64,000 bases of DNA from the human T2T-CHM13v2.0 reference genome, Homo sapiens. This document shows, one piece after another, positions 1-13,113 of this stretch (positions are counted from its first letter, which is position 1; every line of letters starts with the position of its first letter). The stretch lies in assembly GCF_009914755.1 (NCBI RefSeq), contig NC_060925.1; one strand, written 5' to 3'. The position numbers were made by a program, and so were the translations under genes. The notes under the pieces are model-generated. The model saw only the letters and a list, made by a program, of their open reading frames with translations. It ran no database searches and had not been told where the DNA came from.

Positions 1-352
1 TCTACCATTTACTGGATGTGGATCCTTGAGCAAATTACTGAACTTTTCTTCCATCAGAGTTATTGGGAGAATCAACAAAAAAAATAAGTGCCCAATATAA
101 ATGGTGACTACAGATGATATCATTGAAATAGTGGGCATTTAATCTTGTAAATGACTGTTTACTCTGTTTTCCTCTTTGCCTTGGTCTCTGGGAAGCTTAC
201 AGACCAATTTTTCTGACTGTCTTGGTAACTGCAACTGCATGGGCCCAGATGATATACATTTCTGAGTGCAACTTTACCCCTGGTTTTTATTTATTATTTT
301 ACTGCCCATATATTCAGCTGTCTTGGTTATTTACTTTTACTCTTGTAAAGGG

Positions 353-377
353 GTGTGTGTGTGTGTGTGTGTGTGTG
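353..377 (+). repeat. (GT)n microsatellite
   Basis: About 12-13 GT units read directly. Confidence 0.9.
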
Positions 378-2149
378 CATATGTTTCACTTCAAATATTC
401 TGTGGAGTAAACTGAGTACAAGTATGTAAGTTAATTAATAATTTAAAAATTCTAGCTGGTATAAATCAATAATTATACATATCTAATTATGTCACATGAC
501 TCTTCAAGAAACATCTTATTCACTGTTGTATTCATAGTTCCTATCACAGTTTCTAAAACATAGAAGGCAATCAGTGGTTGTTCAATGGAAGAATATATTT
601 TTCACTGTATTATGTACTCTTTTGTCTTTATCAGTAAGGAACTTCAATTTTTAGAAAAAGAGGAGAAAAATGGGAGGAACTTTATCTAAAACTATGAATG
701 TCTGTAGTGTTCACATTAAGGCTAAGTTGGGGTTAAGTCAGCCAAACTTTCTCAAGGTTCTACAATAAAGGAAACCTTTAATATAACACAACACTCTACC
801 ATACAAAGCTCTCTCCCTGTGTATTTTGGTATATTAACTCTAAGTTTATAGATAGGTAAAAAATACTTTGCCTTGAAAGATAACAGTAAAACTATCTTTT
901 TAATTAACCTCAGAAAGTAAATAATGAATGAAAATAGATGATAGTTATACCAAAGGAAACTGGACATTTAGTTCTCATTTCATAAATGAACTCAAAATTC
1001 AACTAACACTTTTAATAGAATCTAAATCCCTGTCATTTGTCTCGGGAAGGGATAATGAATTAATAGTGTAAGCAGCAACCAGATTTATATATACATTAAT
1101 GTCCTAATTTATAAAAACCAATTTGTATGGTAACGGAAATAAAAGTGCAATACATTTCTTAATTTGTTTCCATGATCTCATTTACCTTATGAGTATTTGT
1201 TATTATTTGCTAAATTAATTAATTTCCCTTTTGCCACACTATCCCTGATTTTCTAGAAGGGGCAGCAATTGCTTTCTAGGGCCTGAAAGACATAGTGAGC
1301 CAGTGCTGACTGAAACACTGACTAATGACTTAGTGCCAGTAAGTGCTTGGATTTCCCCTCAAAGATCTGTCAAATGAGCTAGAGAACTGCAAAAAAGCAG
1401 CCCCTGCTATTCTCAGCATAGACTGACAATTTGTGCTAAATGGTTTCCAATTTGGGGATCTGGACAAATGCCCACTTGAGACTGTTTGACTCACCTGGTT
1501 ACTCTGAGTAGCTGTTAAATCCCAAAAGGGAAATAGTTTTCAAAAAAGAAAGGAAACTTGAAATTTTCTAATCTCTAAGGATTGATGTGGTTTGCCCCCC
1601 TGCCCAACCCCTGAATTCTACTCCTCCTTCCTCCTTTTCTTTGGAAAATAATCTGTGTCCTAACTTAAGTATGTTTACTTTTTTTTTCCCCAGGTTTGGG
1701 CCTGATTTTAACAGAATACCTGTGTCATTACTATTACTTTGAAAGTGAGGATGTGGGGCAAAGTTTTCACCTGGTATTACAGATAAAGTACAGATAAAGA
1801 AAATGAAGCAGTCTTCTGAAAATTATCACAAAGCACCATTGTATCCTAAATATTCATTAAGCCGAGTTGTATGGCACAATCCCATTAAATGAGCAACCAA
1901 AGAAAAGTGCTAGAGCATTATAATAAATGAAAATTGGAAACTGACCGAAAAAAGAGTTTACATTCAGTAACTCCAGTAGATGACATTTCTCAGAATGTCC
2001 TAATGAACAAACAAGAAATAGCCGGTCCTACTTCTTCCTGGTCCTCTTACCTGGTTGTTGTTTTGTAATCTCCCTTTCAGTGCATTTTTTAGCTCCTTTT
2101 TAGACCCTTCTGTTTGATGATCCTCAAAATTCCACCCTCACATTTTTTC

Positions 2150-3060
2150 TCAGATATCATCTATAGTGTAAGGGTGCCTGGGGCTCTATCTTGAATTCTC
2201 ATTTTTCTTGTGACATCTAGACCTGCGTGTCTGAAAACCTATAGAACATCTCTACCTAAAACCTGCTCAGGTTCCTTACAAGCCACTTGTCTGAATCAAT
2301 TGCTCAGCCAGGCATTCTCAACTGTCCACCCACTACATCTAATGAGTCAACAGTATTTATTGATTCTGCTTTATATGCAGCTCTCTCAGTACTATATTTA
2401 CGTTAAACAAAATTCTCCTTAGAAATTCATCAGCAGACAATACATAGCTAATTCAAGGACCTTCCTAACCCCAGTCTCTCCATCAACCAGCCCAGAAACT
2501 CTTCCATAAATGTTATATATCTTATGTCACTATCCTGCTTAAAAGTCTTCATTGACCTCTCCCTGTCTATAACAATAAATTAGTGGCTTCATTGTCATCA
2601 TTTCATCCATCTATTTATTCATTTATTTATCCATTCATTTACTCAACAAATAGTCAACCCCTCCTAAAAACCGGGTACTCTTTGTCTTGAACGTGCAATA
2701 GGGAGTAAAATACAAGTCCATGCCTTCTCTGAGCCCTGGCCCTTATCACACCTTCTAGCTTCAACCCCATCCTCTTTCCCTACTTCACGTCCACCCTATG
2801 CTCCATTCACACCACACTTCCCAGAGTTTCCTAAATATGCTCTGTGTGTTGTGCTTCCGTATTGTTCACACATTCTAGGCTCTCTATTTTAACATGACCT
2901 GCTCTTTTTTTCTCTCTCTGAATTGTGAATTCCTAATCATATATAAATACCAAAGTCAGATGTCTCTTCTTCTAAGAAAGATTTCTTGGCTCTCAGAGAG
3001 GGTAGACTACTCTGTTATAGCTACCCATAGGGTTTTATTCCTACAATAGACTTCCTTCAA
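2150..3060 (-). mobile_element. Degraded L2 (LINE-2) fragments
   Basis: Pyrimidine-rich tract with L2-like phrases (atgtcactatcctgcttaaaagtcttcattg; cattcatttactcaacaaata). Recognised by eye; boundaries and orientation approximate. Confidence 0.45.
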
Positions 3061-6000
3061 TTAATAAACTTTCATTCAACTTCTACGATGTAGCCAACAG
3101 CTAAGTGCTAGATGATGAATTGTAGTTTTCTACTTATTTATTCTTTTTTTAATAATTCCTGACACTTTACACAATGGCCACCAAGCATTAAACATATGTC
3201 AGGTAACATTTTTTTTCTAGGTCCACTTTGTAAATATAAAAAAGTAGTGTGGTCAAAGGAATTGCCTTCTTCTGACAGCAGAGGCAAGACAAATTAATCT
3301 AAAATAAACCCTACTCTTATCTCTTCTGGATAAGGGAGGAAGAAACTTTGCCTTTTGACCATTTCAACTATTATTATTATTACCCAGTTAGAAAGTGAAT
3401 AAATGACCTAAATGAGAAACCTGACATAGGTAGACATATTGGCTTCAGAACTAGAAGGCAGGGCATTTTTCTCATATGTGCAGCCTTGATGTGTTCTAGG
3501 AAAATAGTGAGCTTTCACATAATTTACTCCAAGCAGTTAAAAGTTTTGTGAGCACTTATCTAATTACACTTTAAAATGTAAGTATACAAAATGACCCCTT
3601 TTGACCATATCAGCAGTGGCTGTCTTATTCTCAACCTGCCACTTCTTAAAAGAACATGAATTCTTACCAATGGCTACTTTTCATATAGTTTAGAATAAAT
3701 GTCTTCGTGGTCTCCTAGTGTAACTCAGGAGACTAACAGGGTATAGCATCTTCTCCTACCCAGTTTCTCCTTTGCTCTCCACCCCCATTCCCCAAATCCC
3801 TTCCCAAGACACCAATATAAACCCTGACTGATAACATTCTGTGTTCTTCACCAGTACCTGGTCTATTATAATCTAAAACTGGGCTTCTCACTGCCTGTAG
3901 AAATCCCAAGAGCATCTATTGCCACATCACTCAAATACCAACAGCCAGGGATTCTGAAGCACAAGAGTAGAGGAGCAGGAAGAGGCTCTCAGGGGGCATT
4001 TGTTTCATGCAGAGCCATGGAGCCAAAGTCTTCCTGGCTGCTTTTCATATACAGGTTCATTCTTTGTTTAAAAGATATGGCATAAGGCTTAGTGTGTATA
4101 CAAGAACTCCAGCTGTTGGATTGTACAGAAAGGGGGAAGGTATTCTGTTAGCATTTGAGATTTCCTTTTAAAATGTGACCAGACATTCATATACATGTGC
4201 AGACTTTCATTTTAATCAGCAACATGCAAATTGCATATTCATCTGGATAGACATAGGGCAGGCACTGTTCATAGAGATACGGCTGCACATTACAGGCACA
4301 ATTCTGGTGAAAGGAAATCTTTTTTTTTAAGTCCTGGAGGTAAAAAGAAACAAGTGTTATAGAAACAAATACAATTTGTGACGAGGACTCCCAAGGAATG
4401 GATTTTGTTTCTGGTTGCCTAGTCCAAGGCCAATCAATCAAATTTCTGGTGATTATTTTAAAAATATTGGCACAAATGCCACCAAGAAGTACCATACAAC
4501 TATGTGTCCTAAATATTTCTGTTTGCCCCATTGGGACAGGTTTCCTAACAAAAACTTTCAGTTGATTGCAAATGAGTCATATTTCCATGCTGGCTTATTT
4601 TTAACATTGAATTCCAATGTAGTCAGGACCATTTTTGCAGAAGAATATGCTGCATGTCACTCTAGAGTAGTTTTGTCAAACTCATCAGTAGCATGCTATA
4701 CACCTGGAACGTTTAATGATGAAATAAAATGTATTTATTTAAATATATTTTGTACCTCCTTATGTAATAAAAGATGGTATTTTCATTATAAGTGTCTCCT
4801 AGTCAGTGATTATCTCTTTAATACCCTGGGAAGCATCAAATGTAAACGTAGTCAGTTGTAATCTTTTTAAGTAATGTTGACATTACTTAACATTCCAACT
4901 CCATTCCTACTTCTGACTCACAAAGAATGGTGACGGAATAATTTAACTTAGTTTGATCTCAAGTACACAAGATAACTCTTCTTCTATTTTTACACCACAT
5001 CACATGGCATATTTGGAAAATTATGGCTATAACATAGACAACCTTTTTTTTCCACCTTTATAGAACTCACCACCTTTTATGGCTAGTATCTAGTAATCAT
5101 CTTCCAAGATAGGCTACAAACTCCGTAAAAGTGAAGACTGTAATCTACTTTTTCACTGCCATATCTCAACTACCCAGCATAATGATGGCATAAGGAATTA
5201 TATGGGCACTTCAATAAAAATTTGAAAAATAAATAAGCCAAAAAGAAGCAATGCGTATGTTGTTTGGATATTTGAGCCTTAATTTACAAATTCTTATTTA
5301 TTAAAATGCTAAAAATTCAGTAAATTATGGAATTCAACTTTAGGTTGCTAACAAAAATAAATGTACATAATTAAATAAAAATTTAAATGGAAGGAAATAA
5401 TATAGCCCAAGTAGAGAGAGAGACAGAGATTGAATTCACTGCCATGAGCAGCCAGACAAGATAGCTGAAACAGGACTTTTATCAGACAGAAAAGCAGAAC
5501 TCCAAACATTTCTTCAAACAACACAAACTGCACCACATTTCTCCATCATTTGTCTTTAAAAGGAAAGGAAGGGAAAGAAAAGAAATGCAATTAAATAGAT
5601 GTGGTTAGAGGATACTGACAGGACATCCCCCCACCCCCGCACAGTCCATTTCTCTGTTTACTTCCACCCTCTCCCATTTCAGCAGCACCTAGAGCTAGGT
5701 ACCTAGTTACACTGGGATCACTGGGCAAAACCATCGTCACCTTGACTGTCACATCAAAGTGCTTAGTCCTACAAGGAAAGATTCGTAAGCATGTGGAAGC
5801 ATACAGAACCAATTTTATATTGTACTCTGCCCATCTCTAAACCCCAAACTAGAAAAAATAAGATCCTCCTTCAGGGAGGGGAGAGGAGCAGAGTTGAAAG
5901 GGCTGAATGAATCCCCAGTAAGTTTGATTACCTGTGTATAGGAAGGCTTTAAGGTCAATAGGAACCCAATCAAGTAAATGAGATCCTATGCTGAAAGGTA

Positions 6001-7006
6001 ACAGCAGCAGAAGTCAAGGGTATTAAATAGGGGCAGGTTTGGGTAGAGAAAACAGGAGACACTGTCCACCCCCAACTCACCCACGTTCACCCCTGCAAAT
6101 CTCCCAAATCCCAGAAAGCACAAGACGCTATCCCCAACTTTCCTATGCCCCCAAAAGAATTATGTAAATGCTGATGGTTGGCCAATGTCAAAAGAAAGGG
6201 CCTTGAGTTCAAGACAAGGAAGCTAGAAGACCAGAGATGATGCAGAACCGTGGCTACCTCAGCAGATGGCATCATGACTAGGCTTCTCCATGATGGCATG
6301 AGCCCCAGGCATTAAACACTACTTATGGGAGTAGAATAAAGAGGGAAAATTTTTTAATTAACCAAGTTAAAGTCTAAAATGACTGAGAAAACCCAGAACT
6401 GACTAAAACACCTTCTGCCATTGGGAGGAATGGGAGCTCAATATGGTGTTAGATAAAAAGTTTTACAGTATGACCAGACAGCAGTCACATCTTTTGTAAC
6501 TACATTTGTCAAACTACATGCTGAGGATGACAAGCATAAGTGTAACTAAGCAATCTTTAAAGTGTCATGAATACCTGAGAAGAGATAAATACAAGTTTAA
6601 TGCATTTTCTCTAAATTGAAGACAGCTAAAATAAAAGAGGTGGCAGAATATATTGTGGACACAGATGTGACCAGTAATTTCCTTGAAAATATAGTTTAAA
6701 ACCATCATTAATATTTTATATCAAATGAAAATATTCTATTACTATTTAAATTTCGCTGTTCCTAATAATACGGTCACCCAGAGGGAAGATGAGATTGTTG
6801 AACCACTGTATTAGGACATGTATTTTAAATTTCTACACACTGAGTCATTCCCTTACTTTACCAAAAAATATTTGCTCAGGAGCTGGGCCAATGATTAAAG
6901 AGTACGGGATAGTTAGAGAAAATGTCAAACATACTGACTCATCAGAAGATGTATATATATGGTATGAGTGTAATTGCTATTATCATGATCATTATTATGT
7001 TGTTTA

Positions 7007-7500
7007 AGAGGCAGAATAGTATACTGGTTATGAACATGGACCCTGGAGTCAAATTTCAGCTCATTCATTTACTAGCTATGTGACTCAGCAGCAAGTTGCT
7101 TAACCTCTCAGTTTACCCTCTTATGCAATGGGTATATGCACTGCACCAACTACTGAGGGATGTAAGGAGGATTAGATGAGATATAATATAACAAAGCACT
7201 TGAAACAGAGTCTGGCACGTAATAGATTCTACTAAGGTGTTTACATACACATATGTTATCATGATCAGCAAGTTTGGTGCTACCCAAACTTAACATGGTA
7301 TCTAAAATTTTAAAAACCGTATCTATGTATACTAACTTATTTTAATCTTCATAACAGCTCTGGGAAGTAGGTGATATTGATCACCATTGTTAAGAAAGAA
7401 TACTAAAGTTTGGAGAGATTAAGTGATCTCTCTCGTAAATTAGAGAGTGGAAATTTGAACCCAGGGCGCTTGGATCCAAATCAAGTGCTCTTGCCACAAT
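7007..7500. mobile_element. Two degraded MIR SINE fragments in opposite orientations
   Basis: MIR core-like actagctatgtgact...caagttgcttaacctctcagtttaccc (+) and agagattaagtgatct...gaaatttgaacccagg (-). Confidence 0.55.
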
Positions 7501-7598
7501 GTTTGCATTCTCAACTATACTTGACATGGATTATTCTCCTTTTAGGAAGCTATAACTAAACCACTCTATCCAGAGGCAGCTAATATATAAAGAGTCTG

Positions 7599-8012
<414 letters not shown>

Positions 8013-11000
8013 CTAAGGAGGCTACACCTAGGGGAGAGTGTACTGTGCACACAGCAACCCCACTTCTGTGGATTGAAAGGCTGAACAAAGAGACACTTTG
8101 GTAGTCTTGGCATGAAAAGGTCTCTCCATTCATTGTAAGTGATGTTGGATAAAATTTACAATGACTTTATGTTTCTTGTAATAATTGGAAGTAACAGGAC
8201 ACCTGGATGTATTTACATCAATAATGGAAGACAATATTTGAAATAGAAACTTTCCAGAGAATTTATAACCTATGGTCATGGAAGGGACTTTTGGTTACTA
8301 TGATGTGCATAATTTGAGACGTTGTATGTCAATTGACATTTTTCCCTGTTTTGAAAAAGTGTAGTTTGAGTGATTATGTATCAAAAGCTTGGCTGCTTAA
8401 GACGTGCTTGCCTTAACTTGTTTGGTTACCCACTTGCTCTCTGTTGGTCTTTCTTTCTGCCTGTAGCTTTTTCTCTGTCTTGTTTCAGAAGACTTAATAG
8501 GAAGGTTCACTGAGCCTTCTTATTACGAATGTTTCAGGTAACAGCTGGACCAAAACAAGAAGCTAAGCATTTAGGTACTTGTTACACTTGAAAAAACAAA
8601 ACACCAAACATAATAAACTGATCAAGTAAGAGTAAATAACAGCATTTCAAATATTGTCCTAAGAAATGCCCAAGGTTATAAATCTGTCAGCTTCAAAGCA
8701 ATACGGAGGCCAATATTTGTAGAGATTATGCTGGAAAGTAATGGAAGTAATCCTTACAATTAGATAATAGAGCCTTTTCATATTAACATAAATGATATTT
8801 AAAAATTGAAACATTAAGCCATAGTAAGCATAAGCTCTAATATTAATGGGGCACATAAACAGAAAAAATGGTTTTGTGCTATTTAATCTCAAAAATGGTT
8901 TAATGACCCTTATCTGATTATAAAAACAGCACAAGCAACTGTATTAGATAAATAGGACATTAAAAATACTGCTAACTGGTAAGCAGCTTGAAAATATCTA
9001 AATTAATGTGTTTTTAAATCAAATTTAATAGTCACTGAAGGAATATTAAAGAGATGTCCTGGATATGAGTATGACATTGGCAAACATGAACGTGTATAAA
9101 GAAAGTTAAAGAAATATACAGAAAAAAAAAAAACAGCTAGGAAAACAATTCACAAGGTGAAAGTTAAGAATTTGGTTAATTTAGTTAAGTCTTGGTTTCA
9201 GCAACCTTAGTTACATCAATCCCCAGACTTATAAAAGTGGTGAATAATATAGTATGCTTTTAACGTATAATTACACCATTCTCATACTATAAAACATGGC
9301 CAAATGCTTTTCACTGGAATTTGGTTAATTTTACCTTAGAAGTCAACTCTTCCACTGGACTAGAAAGAGCTTATTCAGCCTTCTGTAACACACATACCTG
9401 GAGCTACCACCCCTCTTTTCCACCATTCGCCTTAACAGTAAGAGTCATGATCACTAATAATGATCATCTTGATTCCTTCAATATTTGAGTGCTGATGGTA
9501 GGTATTTGGGGGATGATTCCTTCTACCCCTTCTAAGTGCTCATTCATCTGTCCTTCTCCCTTCTTGAAGTGGTCAAATAATGGAGAAGCATTTCACTCTC
9601 CAGTCAATTTACTAGGTGTGATCTTCCTAGGCATCAGCCCCCAAACTTGTAAAATGGACTCCCTCTCACAGCTGGTTGTATGATAAGAGACGTAATCATG
9701 TTCCTGGTGAAGCCAGCAAGCTCAATAAATACTACCTGCTGTTATACTTCTCACACCACGCCTCTAGTTCATAGGCCTTACCAACTTCCTCCAAACCAAA
9801 GGTTCAAGCCATCACCAGTGGCCATCTGAGAACCCCCTAATCTGGGTCATAGTTTGTCAAATTGCTCTCTGGCACCATAATATTGAATCTTAAATTTGCA
9901 TGCTAAATCAATTGTGCTTAAAAATGCAAAAGAGAAACAGAGGTAGTCCCAAAGAACCAAGTATTGTAAAACATTTATCTCCATCCAAATTGCAAAATTA
10001 GAATCACTAGACAGTCTCATTGCCATAACACTGATACCTTACAGTAAAAAGAGAGATCTGATTGATGTTAGTTGGTTGGAGTTTGTGCCAACCCCAGCAG
10101 CCATTATATTGTTAGGTTTTACAATTTTAGCCCAGTTCTGAGGGAGGATACCACTGGGAGAAGCATGTCACAGTTGCAAAGGGATCTGGAGTTAAAATGG
10201 GTCAATAATCTCTCTTCTCATCATTCAATGACATGATGTTTAGATATATTTTCCCCTGCTGCTTACCTCACAAAACACACAGTTTTTTTCTCTCCCCATT
10301 TATCATGGTCTAACCTTTCGAACTGTAATTTGGAGAAACAGACTGAAAATAACCTCTGTTAATACAATCTTGTTGCTTTGTTGCGTTTTCTTTTCTCCAG
10401 GGAACTGAATGTTTTCTTATGTGTTCCCAAATAAGATGGTCATCTTTACGAATTCATTTTCCAACTGGGAAATAGAAATGAAGCCTCGAAGAAAGAGCGA
10501 GGGAATTAAAATAGTCTAAAAGGTAATTCATTACTAACACCCAGTTTCGCCATCACTTTTCTGAGTGTGGGAAACTTCTCCACTTTTTCCTGAAATAACT
10601 CAAATTGAACGGTGTTGGAGTAGCCTGTGGCGTTTATGAAAGCCGGGACTGTTTTATGTGATTACTCTTCCTTTTCGTTAGGAGCTCCTTAGTACATAAT
10701 CATCCACATGAATGTTTGTTAACAGGTACAATGCCATTGAGCATTTACCTTATTGCCCGTATAGTCTTGAAACAATTATGTGTGAAGGTATTAAAAGGGT
10801 ATAAGTTGAAATGGAGAATGCTGTGGGAGGCCAGTTAACAATTCAATCATCTAACTATTCCTACAACTACACCAGGAAGTTATTTACCATAAATACCGCA
10901 GCCTATGATTTCCAACTCTGAATTCTGTCAACCCAGTTTTTATGTTTTACTTATTCTCAGGAAACACTCCATAATGTGAATTTAGCTGTTTCCTTTATTC

Positions 11001-12020
11001 TTGTTCAAATTCTCTTTTAAATACATCAGGTTATAAAGAAATAGCATTATTTTTCAAATCAACACTGTTCCTTATATTGGCATACATTTTTCCCTATATT
11101 GGCAAAAGAGGAGGGCATCAGACTGTTAAGCAAACAATAATTGGTTGCAGCACTCAGAAAAACAGAAATGACTGTTCTGTTAAACAGACGGGGTGATTAG
11201 AGCCTTTCTTTCTTAACTGACAATTACAGATACAGTGCATCAAGAGGGTTCGTAATAAATATCAGTGCTCGCTTGACCTACCAAATATATTTGTTTGGGA
11301 AAATATAAATGGCAAATTGTCCTTCAGATTAATAGCTACCGTATTGGTAAAGTACAAATCACTTTTAACAGCCACATTACTTTAGTAAAGAGAAGTTTGC
11401 TAACTGCTCTTTAATTAAGTACACTTAATGACCTTAAGGGGATTAGTAGTCTTGTCTGATAATCAATAAGCATGGCAAGATTACTGCCTCATAAACTGGG
11501 GTGGAAGAACCAAATTAATCTGTAAAGATTAGTCTCCTCTAGTTTTTTTTCTTATAGTTTGATTCCATCTAACACTTAGGAAACTCATAATCCCAGTCAA
11601 GAAGAACATACCCGTAATTCATTTGTTCTGAAGGCATGTATTTATTTTAGCAAACATGGTTTTAAAAGTGGTGCCAAAAAGCCAAATGACAAATGATAGA
11701 TATTTTCCTGCAAATCATTGAAAAATGCTCAAATAAAATTATCTGCTGCCGCATTGATATGTGATTGGTTAATGGAGTATAACTAGCTGTGCCACTGTGA
11801 GGCTCAGTTTCTTCATTTGTAAAATGAAAGAGGAAACTTCTCAGGTCCTTTGCAGCTTCTACATTTTATATTTTAAATAGAAAATAATTTCGATTTCCTT
11901 TATGAATTATCCATTTTTTAGCAGCAGTTCAGCCTTGCACAGTCAGACACTGATGGGCTATCTCTCATCTTCTTTTGTCCCCACACATTCAGCAAAATCA
12001 AGTGTTGTGGGCCAATAAAG

Positions 12021-12273
12021 ATAGGTGGGATTGAACAATGAGATCACATGGACACAGGAAGGGGAATATCACACTCTGGGGACTGTTGTGGGGTTGGGGG
12101 AGCGGGGAGGGATAGCATCGGGAGATATACCTAATGCTAGATGACGAGTTAGTGGGTGCAGCGCACCAGCATGGCACATGTATACATATGTAACTAATCT
12201 GCACAATGTGCACATGAACCCTAAAACTTAAAGTATAATAATAAAAAAAAACCTAAAACAAACAAACAAACAA
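12021..12273 (+). mobile_element. 5'-truncated L1PA2/L1PA3 3'UTR insertion
   Basis: L1 3'UTR with atgacGAGttagtgggtgcagcgcaccagc and aaaacttaaagtataat, A/AAAC tail, and TSD aaagata at 12017-12023 and 12274-12280. Confidence 0.9.
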
Positions 12274-12686
12274 AAAGATATTTGAAATGCATTATCAAGG
12301 GAAAACAAAACAAATAAATTCAAAATGTGTGAATCATTTGAGACAGCATGGTGCAATGGGGATAGAAGGAAAGGGAGGATGAGGTAAAATTTGGGGATAA
12401 TGGCTTTGAAGCCAGAAATACTTTGTTCAATACAAAAGATATCAACACAACTTCTATTAACTAGCGGCATAACCTTAAAGAAATTGCTTTGTTCTTCTCA
12501 ACTTCAGTATCCTCGTAGAATGAGGATTATCATCAGAATTATAGTACGTAAATGTGCTAAGTAATATCACAATACTTCTCATAACAGATATTTGCCTAGC
12601 AGATCGTCAATCGCCTTTTCCCTTCCCATTCTCTGATGTTTCTGGGTGATCAATAGATGTAGACATCACATACAATTTTACACTTA

Positions 12687-13113
12687 CAGTTAATCCTTGA
12701 AAAACAAGGGGTTTAGGGGTGCCAACCCCCTACACAATCAAAAATCCATATACAATTTTGACTTTTCCAAAACTTAAACTACTAATCAGCCATACTGATT
12801 ATAGAAACAGTCTATTAACACATGTTTTGTTTATTATATGCATTATATACTGTATGCTTACAATAAACTAGGCTAGAGAAAGGAAAATGTTATTAAGAAA
12901 TCATAAGGAAGTGAAAATATATTTACTACTCACTACGTGGAAGTGGATCATTATAAAGGTCTTCATCCTCATTGTTTTCACATAGAGTAGGGCTGAAGAG
13001 GAGAAGGAAGAGGCGAGGTTAGTCTTGTTGTCTCAGGGGTGGCAGAGGAGGAAGAAAATCTACTTATAAGTGGACCTGTACAGTTAAAACCCGTGTTGTT
13101 CAAGGAACAACTG
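12687..13113 (+). mobile_element. Tigger2a-like (Tc1/mariner) non-autonomous DNA transposon
   Basis: TIRs cagttaatccttgaaaaacaaggg and cccgtgttgttcaaggaacaactg, TA duplication on both sides, ~427 bp. Confidence 0.85.

Noticed and set aside
4415-4861. 148 aa ORF
   Set aside because: Non-ATG start, no recognisable domain or splice context; compatible with chance in AT-rich DNA.
12021-12240. Near identity to 33721-33940 suggesting a local duplication
   Set aside because: It has its own A tail and TSD, so it is an independent insertion of the same L1 subfamily.
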